Shown here: one piece after another, positions 37,673 through 46,995 of the stretch
How positions within the stretch are numbered: the first letter of the stretch is position 1
How the letters are laid out: every line of letters begins with the position of its first letter
Assembly: GCA_042216015.1 (NCBI GenBank)
Contig: JBDGUI010000032.1
Location: 1 to 51,652, forward strand
From: Halodesulfurarchaeum sp.
Lineage (GTDB): Archaea > Halobacteriota > Halobacteria > Halobacteriales > Halobacteriaceae
Length of the DNA: 51,652 nucleotides
Reading direction: 5' to 3'
Position numbers and translations under genes: made by a program
The notes under the pieces: generated by a model
Database searches by the model: none
Told to the model about the DNA's origin: nothing
The model's input: only the letters and a program-made list of their open reading frames with translations

Positions 37673-38965
37673 TCAGGCCGCACTGTCGCCGGGAGTTTCG
37701 GGGGACTCGATTCCCGTCCGGTACAGCAGCCAGGCGATCGGGAGCAAGACCATCCCGCCGGCCACGAAGGGGGCCCAGAACGCGACGCCGGTGTAGAGCG
37801 CGCCGGCCACGACCGGCCCGATCGCCCGGGCGATGCTCCCCGCAGACTGGGTGAGCCCGAATGCACTTCCCTGGTCCTCTTCCGCGGCGGAGCGGGAGAC
37901 GAGGGTCGTCAGCGAGACGTTCGCGAAGCCGTTGCCGACAGCCAGAATCGAGAGGATAGGGAGGAGCGCGAGCAGGCCCGGGCCCACCGGCCCGATCGCG
38001 GGCAGATACTGTCCCACCTGCGGGGCGAATGGCACGGCCACCAGCCCGACGAACTCGACTGTCACCCCGCCAATCGCAAGGGACTTCTCGTCCCAGACGG
38101 CCGCGGCACGGCCGACGAGCCCGCCCTGCACGATCGCGATGATCATCCCGAGGGACGCCAGGATGTACCCGTTCATCGCCGTCCCATAGCCATAGACGTC
38201 CTTCGTGAACAGGACGAACATACTCTCCATCCCCGAGAAAGCGAGCGAGGCGAGGAAGAAGCTGACCACGAGGGTGGAGAGAACGGGCCTGGTGAGCGCC
38301 CGCTCGAGTTCGGCGACCCGGCTCTTCCGCTGACGCGCTTTGGCCCGCCGGTTCGTCTCGGGCAGGAGGAAGAACGCGACCACGAGGTTCGCGAGCGTGA
38401 TGAGGGCGGCGGTAAAGGAGGGAATCGTGAACTGCGAGACCGGCACGACGGCCGGAAGGACCGACTCGGCGACGGAAAGTGCGGCCGGACTCGAGACGAG
38501 CCCGCCGATCGCCGGGCCGAAGACGAAGCCGAGCCCGAAGGCCGCCCCGATCAACCCGAGGCCCTTCGCCCGGTTCTCCTCGGTGGTCACGTCGGCGACG
38601 TACGCCTGTGCGGCCGCGATGTTCCCGCCCATGGCGCCGGCGAGAAACCGGGCGAGAAAGAGGACCCAGAGCGCCTGGGCGAGCCCGAACAGCGTCCAGG
38701 CGATCACGCTGCCCGCAAGCGAGAGCAGTAACACCGGCCGGCGACCCCGATCGTCGGAGAGCCGTCCCAGAATCGGCGCGAAGACGAACTGGGTGATCGA
38801 GTAGGAGGCAAGCAGGATCCCCACGACGAACTCGGTGGCCCCGAAGGCCTCCGCGTAGAGCGGAATGATCGGGATGAGGATGCCGAAGCCGACCAGGTCG
38901 ACGAAGACCACGAGCAGGACGATTGCAAGCGGGCGCCCGTCCGACCCCGCCCCGTCCCCGCTCAT
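37673..38965 (-). CDS. MFS transporter (TetA/DHA1-like)
   Basis: DLVGFGILIPIIP, GRLSDDRGRRPVLL, GLGFVFGPAIGG. Confidence 0.9.
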   Translation of the reverse strand: MSGDGAGSDGRPLAIVLLVVFVDLVGFGILIPIIPLYAEAFGATEFVVGILLASYSITQFVFAPILGRLSDDRGRRPVLLLSLAGSVIAWTLFGLAQALWVLFLARFLAGAMGGNIAAAQAYVADVTTEENRAKGLGLIGAAFGLGFVFGPAIGGLVSSPAALSVAESVLPAVVPVSQFTIPSFTAALITLANLVVAFFLLPETNRRAKARQRKSRVAELERALTRPVLSTLVVSFFLASLAFSGMESMFVLFTKDVYGYGTAMNGYILASLGMIIAIVQGGLVGRAAAVWDEKSLAIGGVTVEFVGLVAVPFAPQVGQYLPAIGPVGPGLLALLPILSILAVGNGFANVSLTTLVSRSAAEEDQGSAFGLTQSAGSIARAIGPVVAGALYTGVAFWAPFVAGGMVLLPIAWLLYRTGIESPETPGDSAA

Positions 38966-39086
38966 GGGATTGCTCCTTCGGGCGTCGCCCCACACGATGC
39001 CATCGCCTTCCCTTACCCCTCCCCACCACAATAGGCTTCGGTTCGCGGAACGGCAGGTGGGACTTCCGGGACCCCCTGACCTCCGC

Positions 39087-40067
39087 CTACAGCTGCTCGG
39101 CCATGTCCTCGGCGAAGTACGTGAGAATCAGGTCCGCGCCGGCCCGCTTGATCGAGACGAGGGACTCCATGGCGGTCTCCTCGAGGTCGAGCCAGCCGTT
39201 CTCCGCGGCCGCGTGGAGCATGGCGTACTCGCCGCTGACGTTGTACGCCGCAACCGGGTGCTCGAAGGACACGTCCACCCGGCGGACGACGTCGAGGTAC
39301 GGGAGCGCGGGTTTCACCATCAACACGTCTGCCCCCTGCTCGACGTCGAGGGCGACCTCCCTAAGTGCCTCCTCGCCGTTGCCCGGGTCCATCTGGTAGT
39401 GCCGCCGGTCGCCGAAGCTCGGTGCGCCGTCGGCAGCGTCCCGGAACGGGCCGTAGAAGGCGGACTCGTATTTCGCCGCGTAGCTCATGATCGGGGTGTG
39501 CTCGAACCCGGCCCCGTCCAGAGCCTCCCGGATCGCGCCGACCATCCCGTCCATCATGCCGCTCGGGGCGACCATGTCAGCCCCTGCCTCGGCGTGGGAG
39601 ACGGCAGTTCTGGCGATCCGGTCGAGGGTCGGATCGTTGTCGACGGTGAGGGTCACGTCCGCGGGTGCGCCGGGCTCGAGCACGCCGCAATGGCCGTGGT
39701 CGGTGTACTCGCAGAGACAGACGTCCGTGATGAGGGAGGCGTCGGTCGCCTCGCCCACCCGGCGGGTCGCCTTCTGGATGACGCCCTCTTCTGCCCAGGC
39801 ACGTGATCCCTCGGGGTCCTTCGATTCGGGCACGCCGAAGAGGATGACCGCCTCGACGCCGGTCGCGAGCACCTCCTCGACCCGATCGACGATTTCGTCG
39901 AGTGGCACCCGCTCGTGGCCGGGCATCGAGGGGATTTCCACCCGCTCGTCGGTCGTGGCGTCGACGAAGACGGGGGCGATGAGGTCACTCGGGTGCAAGT
40001 CAGTCTCCCGAACGAGCGCCCGGATGCCGTCCTGCCGAAGTCTGCGTGGGCGTCGCGTGTGGTCCAT
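39087..40067 (-). CDS. hemB: Porphobilinogen synthase (ALA dehydratase)
   Basis: [20 protein letters not shown] (Zn site), [29 protein letters not shown]. Confidence 0.95.
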   Translation of the reverse strand: MDHTRRPRRLRQDGIRALVRETDLHPSDLIAPVFVDATTDERVEIPSMPGHERVPLDEIVDRVEEVLATGVEAVILFGVPESKDPEGSRAWAEEGVIQKATRRVGEATDASLITDVCLCEYTDHGHCGVLEPGAPADVTLTVDNDPTLDRIARTAVSHAEAGADMVAPSGMMDGMVGAIREALDGAGFEHTPIMSYAAKYESAFYGPFRDAADGAPSFGDRRHYQMDPGNGEEALREVALDVEQGADVLMVKPALPYLDVVRRVDVSFEHPVAAYNVSGEYAMLHAAAENGWLDLEETAMESLVSIKRAGADLILTYFAEDMAEQL

Positions 40068-40172
40068 ACGTCCACTGGATCGGCGAGCAAGATAGAAGCC
40101 ACGGAAGGATCGACACGAACAGTTAACGGAGGCGAGCCAACTGCTATGGTGCCCCTCCGCGAAGGCCAGTGC

Positions 40173-40775
40173 ATGCCAGGTGCCCGCTTCAGCCAGGCTG
40201 AACGCGTTGCCCTCCGAACGGTCGAAATCGAGGACGCCCCCTTCCTTCAGGACCACGCAAACGACCCGGCGATCCGGCTCCCCATGACGTTCACCGGCCC
40301 GACGTCCCTCGACGAACAGGAGGAATACATCGAGGAAGACGAGGACGTCGCCGCGTTCCTCGTCTCGGTCGCCGGCGAGGAAACCGGCTACAACCCCGAA
40401 TACGTGACCGACGGGAATCCGCCGATCGAACCGGTCGGATTCATCAGTCTTTTCGATATCGACGAAGCGGCGGGGAGCGGCGTCATCGCCTACTGGATCA
40501 CGCCGCCCGCCCAAAAACAGGGCTACATGACCGAGGCCACGTCGCTGCTGCTCGATTACGCCTTCGGCCAGCGTCGCCTCCACCGCGTCGTCGCCCGGGC
40601 CCTCGAGGACAATCGTGGCTCACGGGCGCTGCTCGAAGCGCTCGGGTTCACGCGGGAGGGGATCGAGCGGGACGCCAAATACGTCCGGGTCGAGTACCGG
40701 GACGTGGTTCGTTTTTCGATGCTGGCCCCAGAATGGCGGGTGAGTGAGCCCCCTGCCGAGGGCCAGCAGTCCTGA
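40173..40775 (+). CDS. GNAT N-acetyltransferase (RimJ/RimL type)
   Basis: [43 protein letters not shown]. Confidence 0.88.
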   Translation: MPGARFSQAERVALRTVEIEDAPFLQDHANDPAIRLPMTFTGPTSLDEQEEYIEEDEDVAAFLVSVAGEETGYNPEYVTDGNPPIEPVGFISLFDIDEAAGSGVIAYWITPPAQKQGYMTEATSLLLDYAFGQRRLHRVVARALEDNRGSRALLEALGFTREGIERDAKYVRVEYRDVVRFSMLAPEWRVSEPPAEGQQS

Positions 40776-41160
40776 CAGTTCGCGACCGCGATCCTGACAT
40801 GTCGCCTGCCAACGAGTCTCAATTCGGGGGAAATCAGCCGTGTGAAACTCTCCCAACCGCCACAAGCTTTTTTACCCACCCCTCAAAATGCAGGAACGCG
40901 TCCCCCGGTGATCGACATGACCACGCGCTTCCCCACCTCCACAACGAGCGCCCCCCTCCGTTACACCAGCCGGTGTGACAGTTCTGTCACCGGGTGGTCG
41001 ACTGCGGGAGCGCGTGGCAGTGCGGGCATTCGCCCGTCACGCCCCTCCGGATTCTCTCGGCGGACCTGATCCGGTTCGTCGGTCGATCCGGCGTTCTCGC
41101 TAATTCCACCCTTCTGGTGACCCGTATCGCCCCCTGACAGCCCTTCGGCCCTCCATACCA

Positions 41161-41349
41161 ATGCGACGACACGACCGACCCTCTCGACACGAACCACACG
41201 CGAACGGCCCCCGACCCGCGCCGCCCCTGCGGTTCTCGCTGGCGATGGCGCTCGCGGTTCCGCTGATGGCACTCTTTCTCCTGTCACCGGCCGCCCCCGC
41301 CCTCCTGCTGGGGTTGGCTGCCCTCTCGCTTGCGGCCTTCGGGCTGTAA
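41161..41349 (+). CDS. Putative small membrane protein
   Basis: 62 aa: polar N-terminus, then a long hydrophobic stretch (FSLAMALAVPLMALFLL...LLLGLAALSLAAFGL). Confidence 0.5.
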   Translation: MRRHDRPSRHEPHANGPRPAPPLRFSLAMALAVPLMALFLLSPAAPALLLGLAALSLAAFGL

Positions 41350-41433
41350 GTGCCGTTCGTCGAATCGCTTCTCGAACACCCGGTACTGCTTGTCGTACCG
41401 ACTGGTGAGCGTGCAAAACAGGAAATCGATCGT

Positions 41434-43542
41434 TCAGTCCGCAGCGACGGCCGTCTCGGCGCCGTCGCCCGCCTCGAGGGCGTCCCAGACCATCTCGGCG
41501 AGGTCGACGACCTCGATGTCGTCCTCGTAGCCGCCCGATTTCATGCCGTCCTCGTACATCGTCATGCACATCGGACAGGAGACGACGAACTGGTCCACGT
41601 TTTTGCCGCCGGCCGTGTCCTCGAGGGCCTCGCGAATGCGCTCTTCGGAGGGCTTTTCGTCCTCGTCCGGGTCGAGCCAGAGGCCGCCGCCGCCGCCGCC
41701 ACAGCAGTACGACTCGTTCCGGTTGCGGGGCATCTCGTCGAGTTCGGCCCCGGTGGAGGCAAGGACCGCTCGCGGCGCCTCGAACTCCTCGTTGTACCGG
41801 CCCAGATGACACGGATCGTGGAAGGTCGCCCGGGTGTCGAGTTCCGTCCCGGAGAGCGGGAGCGCCCCCGATTCGACGAGGTCCTCGACGACCTGGGTGT
41901 AGTGGGCCACGTCGTCGCCCCGCTCCCAGCCGAACTGCTCGTACTCGTTCACGAACGTGTTGTAGGCGTGGGGGTCGGTGGTGACCATGGTGTCGTACTC
42001 TACCGACTCGAAGGTCTCGATGTTCTCCATGGCGAGCATCTCGAAGAGCCCCTCCTCGCCCACGCGCCGGATGTCGTTGCCGGCGTTTTTCTCGTCCTCG
42101 TAGAGGATGCCGTAGGAGACCTCGGCCGCCTCGAAGATCCGGGCCAGCGAGCGAGCGACCTTCTTGTTGCGCTCGTCGAAGCTCGGGTAGTCCCCGACGT
42201 ACCAGAGGTACTCGACGGCCTCCTCGCGGGCGTCGGGGACCTCGAAGTCGAGTTCCTCGGTCCACTCCGCACGGGTGCCTTCGGGCTCGCCGAAGGAGTT
42301 GCCCTGCTGGAAGAGCGCCATCATGGCCTCCTGGACGTTCTCGTCCATCTGGCCGGACTCGGTGAGCCGGCGGTTCATCTCGGTGAACTGGGTGACGTGC
42401 TCGATCTCGACCGGGCAGGCGTCGACACAGGCCATGCAGGTCATGCAGGACTCCATCGTGATCGGATCGATGACCGAGTCCTCATCCCCGGAGATGATCG
42501 GGATCTCCTCGGTCTCGCCGGCCTCGAGTTCGCGGCCGTACTTTCGGAGGTCGAGGATGACGTTCCGCGGGTCGAGGGGGCGCCCGGACTGGTTTGCCGG
42601 ACAGACCGAGGTGCACCGTCCACACTTCGTACAGGCGTCGTGATCGAGGAGCTGCTTCCAGCTGAAGTCCTCGATTGTGCTGGTGCCGATCTCCTCGGGA
42701 CTGGCGTCCTCCGGGACGCCGGGCAGGCGCTTGCCCGCCTTCGGATCCCGGGCGATGACGTTCGCGTAGCTCGTCAGCATGTGGACCGGCTTCGCGTAGG
42801 GCACCGTCGCGACGAACCCGAGCGCGAGGAAGGCGTGTGACCACCAGAGCGGCCGGTAGAGGGCCGCCGCCATGTCCGGGGTCATCCCCACACTCGTGAA
42901 GATCGAGGCGAGGGTCCACCCCACCACGCTCACGGTCTCGAAGTCGGGCATGCCGGCTCCGACGATGCGAACCCCCTCCTGGAGGAAGCCGCCCACCCCG
43001 AGCAGGAACAGCGACCAGACGAACAGGTCGTCCTCGAGGCGGGTGTGCTCGCCCCAGAGCCGATCCTTGCGGGTGACGTAGCGCTGGAAGAGCGCCATCG
43101 CCATTCCGAGAAGGAAGACGAAGCCCATCACGTCCACGACGAAGGAGAAAGAGAGGTAGAAGTCCCCGTTGAAGAAGTGCTGCCGGCGGAGCAACTTCAC
43201 CCAGATGTCCATCTCGAAGGCGAGGATCGTCGTCGCCATCAGCAGGGTCATGAAGCCCCAGAAGATGAAACTGTGCATCAGGCCCGCGAAGAGGTCTCGA
43301 TCGAACTGCTTGACGTTGCTCCCGACGATCTTCGTCCCCTCGAGGATACGTCCGGCGAGGTCGTCGACCCGGTCGAAGGGGTCCTCGCTCCCCAGCCGAT
43401 AGCGCTCGACGCGCCGGTAGAACCCGTACAGGAAGAGCAACACCGCGACGATCGTCAGATAGTAGAAAATCAACTCTCCGGCGTGAGTGATCTGCCAGAA
43501 CGTCTCCCGGGAAATGTCGCCTGCCTGGGCGAGTAGCACCAT
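41434..43542 (-). CDS. Membrane-bound Fe-S oxidoreductase, FadF/HdrD-like (cytochrome b-like domain + 2x[4Fe-4S] + CCG)
   Basis: TM domain with His (LMHSFIF, WWSHAF, PVHM); CTKCGRCTSVCP; CMTCMACVDACP; HDPCHLG, YCCGGGGG, SCPMC. Confidence 0.9.
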   Translation of the reverse strand: MVLLAQAGDISRETFWQITHAGELIFYYLTIVAVLLFLYGFYRRVERYRLGSEDPFDRVDDLAGRILEGTKIVGSNVKQFDRDLFAGLMHSFIFWGFMTLLMATTILAFEMDIWVKLLRRQHFFNGDFYLSFSFVVDVMGFVFLLGMAMALFQRYVTRKDRLWGEHTRLEDDLFVWSLFLLGVGGFLQEGVRIVGAGMPDFETVSVVGWTLASIFTSVGMTPDMAAALYRPLWWSHAFLALGFVATVPYAKPVHMLTSYANVIARDPKAGKRLPGVPEDASPEEIGTSTIEDFSWKQLLDHDACTKCGRCTSVCPANQSGRPLDPRNVILDLRKYGRELEAGETEEIPIISGDEDSVIDPITMESCMTCMACVDACPVEIEHVTQFTEMNRRLTESGQMDENVQEAMMALFQQGNSFGEPEGTRAEWTEELDFEVPDAREEAVEYLWYVGDYPSFDERNKKVARSLARIFEAAEVSYGILYEDEKNAGNDIRRVGEEGLFEMLAMENIETFESVEYDTMVTTDPHAYNTFVNEYEQFGWERGDDVAHYTQVVEDLVESGALPLSGTELDTRATFHDPCHLGRYNEEFEAPRAVLASTGAELDEMPRNRNESYCCGGGGGGLWLDPDEDEKPSEERIREALEDTAGGKNVDQFVVSCPMCMTMYEDGMKSGGYEDDIEVVDLAEMVWDALEAGDGAETAVAAD

Positions 43543-43856
43543 ACGGAATCCTGCCCACACGTCGCGCTTAAAGCTTTCCAAGACCTGTGACGGCTGCGAG
43601 CCCTGCCCAAAGATGGGGAAAATCTTGCCCTATCTTTCGTGGGCACACGTGAGGCGATCCCCGAATCGTCTGGTTTTCCACGGATTGTCGGGTTTCAGGC
43701 TTCGCGCGGGCGAAAATCCCGGCAGCGTCGGTGGATCGATCGCGCCTTTTCGAGTGGTCGGCGGGTCCGCGCACGAATCGGCAGGACCGGAGCACTCTCA
43801 TCCACCGCCCGTCCCGACGATAGACCTATCCCGCTCGGTGGGCCACTCTCTGGTAG

Positions 43857-44495
43857 ATGCCGGACCGGACCGAGAAGCTGCGTGACCTCTTCGAGTCGGT
43901 GACCGGAACCGAGACCGTCACCGAGCGACAGCGTCAGGCCCACGGCTCGCTCGGGTCGGAGACGGAGCCAGTCGCGGCCATCGCCGACACCATCGAGGAG
44001 ATGGCGACGGCCCTGTCCTTCGAGACGGCCCTCCCGCGGTCGGCGCTCCTGCGGGTGGTCCAGGGCTACTACCGCGGCCAGACGGACGGGGAGCTCGCCG
44101 AGGCCATCAGACGGGAACTCGATCCCGTCGAACCGGGACCGGATCCCGATGCTATCGACGAAAAAACGATCGCACGAGCCCGGCTCGACCTTCACCTCGT
44201 CCGCGAGGACGAACGTCCCGGGGAGGCGGCGGTCCCCCACCTTCGCGATGTCGAGGAGGGCACGGAAACGGTCAGCACGGTGGCTGAGCGCCTCGATCGG
44301 ACGGAATCGACGGTGCGTCACTGGCTCGCCGTGCGGGAGACCCAGGCCGAACGACGCCGTGTCGCCGATCGCTACCGCCAGGCCTTCGAGTCCGCACTCG
44401 GGGATCGGGACATCGCCGACCGGTTGACGGCGAGCCTCGAGGAGACCGGTCTCGAGGAGTCCCTGGAGGACCAGGAAGTCGACGTCGATCTGTAG
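43857..44495 (+). CDS. Haloarchaeal 'conditioned medium-induced protein 4'-like protein
   Basis: TEKLRDLFESVTGTETVTERQ, YYRGQTDGELA, ARARLDLHLVR pattern. Confidence 0.7.
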   Translation: MPDRTEKLRDLFESVTGTETVTERQRQAHGSLGSETEPVAAIADTIEEMATALSFETALPRSALLRVVQGYYRGQTDGELAEAIRRELDPVEPGPDPDAIDEKTIARARLDLHLVREDERPGEAAVPHLRDVEEGTETVSTVAERLDRTESTVRHWLAVRETQAERRRVADRYRQAFESALGDRDIADRLTASLEETGLEESLEDQEVDVDL

Positions 44496-44643
44496 TCCGC
44501 AGTCGTCGCTGCCCGGCCCACCGAGTCGAGTGGACCCTCGATCGAATGGGACCGCAGGGGGAGCGAATTGGGACCCGGCCCAGCCCCAGGGCCAGCCGAT
44601 TCCGGTCGAAGGTTTATATCCCAGAATGGGACCACTCCGCCAC

Positions 44644-45306
44644 GTGCCCGATTCCATCCCACTCTCCGACCTCGCCCTCGCCGCGTTCTGTCCGCGAAAA
44701 CTCCACTACGCCCGGCAGACCGACCGCTCGCCACCGCCGGAATTCGGCGCGGCCCTCGAACTGAGCAACCGGTATGCCACGTTTCTCGAACCGGATCCCG
44801 AATCTCCGCCGGCCGACACGCTGGCCGTGCACCCCTCGACGTTCCGGGAGTCACTCCGGGCTGCCCGTGAGGGACTTCCAGCGTGGGCGGAGCTGATCGA
44901 CCCGTCCCGGGTCGACGTGTTTCTCAGGGGGAAGGACGTCCACGGGCGGGTGGCAAAGGTCCTCGCGAATCCCCTGGCGCCGTCGATCGTCTCCCCCGGG
45001 GCTCCACCGCCCGAGGGGGTCTGGCAGCCACAGGCGGTCAAGGCCGTCGGCGCGGCGAAGGCCCTCTCCTGGGAGCACGGGAGCGAGGTCGAGCGCGCGT
45101 ACGTGGAGTACCCCCGCCACGGCGTCGTGCGGACTCTCGCCCTCACGACCAGACACAAGGCCGCCTACAGACGGACGCTCCGCTCGGTCCGGGCCATGGA
45201 CGGGCCGCCACCCCGGGCCCGGGACGACGGGAAGTGTCACTCCTGCCGATTCGCCGATCAGTGTGGCGTCCGGACACGCTCGTTGAAATCGCTTTTGACG
45301 GGGTGA
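44644..45306 (+). CDS. Solo Cas4-like Fe-S protein with apparently degenerate PD-(D/E)xK site
   Basis: SDLALAAFCPRKLHY...KCHSCRFADQC (1+3 Cys staple); TATA tttata at 44613 fits GTG 44644; alternative ATG 44626. Confidence 0.75.
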   Translation: MPDSIPLSDLALAAFCPRKLHYARQTDRSPPPEFGAALELSNRYATFLEPDPESPPADTLAVHPSTFRESLRAAREGLPAWAELIDPSRVDVFLRGKDVHGRVAKVLANPLAPSIVSPGAPPPEGVWQPQAVKAVGAAKALSWEHGSEVERAYVEYPRHGVVRTLALTTRHKAAYRRTLRSVRAMDGPPPRARDDGKCHSCRFADQCGVRTRSLKSLLTG

Positions 45307-45389
45307 CCGGGCTGGTACACGTCTCGATAGTGTCGGGATGCACCGGACGGTCTACCCACCGGTGGTGCCGGGAGTATCGGCTCACCCCC

Positions 45390-46001
45390 TCACTGGTTGG
45401 CTGAAAGCCAGTCGGCGATCTCCGCAGCGAGTGGCCCCTCTCGGTGGATCTTCCCTCGTTCGACGTCGACGACCGTGCTCCCGGTCCCACCCGTCTCGCC
45501 GCCGTCGAGGACGACCGCGGCGGCCGACCGGATCTCCGGATCGAGATCGGCGGGATCGGTCACGCTCGGGCGGCCACTCACGTTCGCGCTGGTGGCCGTG
45601 AGCGGTGCGACGGTCCGGAGGAGGTCCAGTGCAACTGGATGGTCCGGAACGCGAATCCCGACCCGATCGCCACCGGCCGTGAGCATGTCCGGAACGTTCG
45701 CCCGCTTCGCCGCGACGACCGTCACCGGGCCGGGCAGAAATTCGTCCATAAACGCTCTCGAACGCTCGCTCGTCGAGACGTATTCGAGGGCCGCCTCGGC
45801 GGTGGGGGCGGCAAGGGAGATGGGATCGTCCCGATCCCGGCCCTTCGCCTGGAACACCCGTTCGATCGCCTTCGGGTCGAGCGCGTCGGCACCCAGTCCG
45901 TAGACCGTCTCCGTCGGGTAAACGACCAGCTCGCCGCGTTCGATGGCGTCCGCTGCCCGAAAAATGGCTCCCCCCTCGGCTCCGTCACCCAAGTCGGGCA
46001 T
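45390..46001 (-). CDS. tsaC: L-threonylcarbamoyladenylate synthase (TsaC/YrdC-type, short form)
   Basis: YPTETVYGLGADA, KGR, PGPVT, GIRVPDH, TATSANVSG, GSTVVD. Confidence 0.92.
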   Translation of the reverse strand: MPDLGDGAEGGAIFRAADAIERGELVVYPTETVYGLGADALDPKAIERVFQAKGRDRDDPISLAAPTAEAALEYVSTSERSRAFMDEFLPGPVTVVAAKRANVPDMLTAGGDRVGIRVPDHPVALDLLRTVAPLTATSANVSGRPSVTDPADLDPEIRSAAAVVLDGGETGGTGSTVVDVERGKIHREGPLAAEIADWLSANQ

Positions 46002-46076
46002 GGGGTGTGGTGATAGCTCGGGCGCCAATAGTGTTTTTACCCGTCACTCGGGTGAGGTTCACTTCCGCCGTCCGTC

Positions 46077-46592
46077 CTACCGGTCCTCGAGTGCCTCCTC
46101 GAGGCCGTCGTAGTCCGGAAACTCCGGCCAGGCCGCTGCCACCCAGGCGAAGGAGACGGTGCGGTCGGGCTCGATGAGAAACAGCGAGAGTCGGGGTTCC
46201 TCGATCCCCGCCATTCCGTCGAGGTCGTGGACGACGTCGTACTCGGCGGCGACCTCGTTTTTCGGATCCGCATACAGCCCGCGTATCGATTCGAGGTCCC
46301 GCTCCTCGATGGTCCCTGCGTGGTCGTAAGGCGTCGAGATGGTGATCCCGACGACCTGGGCCGGCCCCTCGAGGATCGAGCGATCCGCGAGTTCGTTGTA
46401 GACGTAGGTGGTCGGGAAGGCTCCGTCCATGGGGTGGAAGACGAGCAGGACGGGCCCCTCCTCGAGCAGGTCGGAGAGGGCGACGTCCTCCCAGAATTCG
46501 GCGGTCACGAGCGGCCGGGTGAAATCCGGCGCTCGCTCGCCCCGCTCGACGTGGTCGGTCCCCTCGAACTCGACGACCTTTCGCCGCATCAC
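46077..46592 (-). CDS. Peroxiredoxin/AhpC-TSA-fold protein lacking cysteine
   Basis: GERAPDFT, GPVLLVFHP, VVGIT, ADP, EPR, WVA...PDYD. Confidence 0.78.
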   Translation of the reverse strand: MMRRKVVEFEGTDHVERGERAPDFTRPLVTAEFWEDVALSDLLEEGPVLLVFHPMDGAFPTTYVYNELADRSILEGPAQVVGITISTPYDHAGTIEERDLESIRGLYADPKNEVAAEYDVVHDLDGMAGIEEPRLSLFLIEPDRTVSFAWVAAAWPEFPDYDGLEEALEDR

Positions 46593-46882
46593 CGCTCACC
46601 CCGCCTGCGGTAGGTGTCATGGAGGTACTTCACGATCCGTGCGCTCTCACCCATGGTCACGCCCGTGTTGTGATCCACGATCACCGGCACCTCCCGGCTT
46701 CCCGAGAGTCGCTTGATCACGTTCCGCTCGGAGTGCATTGGCCCGATGAAGCGGGAGTGATAGGTGACATCGAGATCGTCGAGGGTCCGGACGACCCGCT
46801 CACAGAAGGGACAGCCCTGCAACCGATATAGCGTGAGGTCCACGTCCACGGACGCGGGCTCCTCGGGTACCGCCTGTGTCAT
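46589..46882 (-). CDS. Glutaredoxin / GST N-terminal-like protein
   Basis: LYRLQGCPFCERV, VPVIVD, MGESARIVKYL. Confidence 0.85.
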   Translation of the reverse strand: MTQAVPEEPASVDVDLTLYRLQGCPFCERVVRTLDDLDVTYHSRFIGPMHSERNVIKRLSGSREVPVIVDHNTGVTMGESARIVKYLHDTYRRRGER

Positions 46883-46995
46883 ATTCCGGTCTCGGGGATG
46901 GGCGTGGAAAACCCTGCCGAGTCCGACCGACGGGGGCATGCGGGCCGAGCCTTGAAGAAACCCTTTAGGCACCGGGACCGGAATTCCCGGTGTTG

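Noticed and set aside
36204..39029. 941-aa Arg/Gly/Pro-rich ORF overlapping MFS and hemL on the same strand
   Set aside because: Alternate-frame artefact; composition is non-halophilic and both real genes are intact
44644..45306. Evidence of a CRISPR-Cas system or casposon
   Set aside because: Only a solo, degenerate Cas4-like gene; no cas1, polymerase, TIRs or array
5019..46001. cgi121 and tsaC as a t6A gene cluster
   Set aside because: About 40 kb apart in separate neighbourhoods; no evidence of linkage
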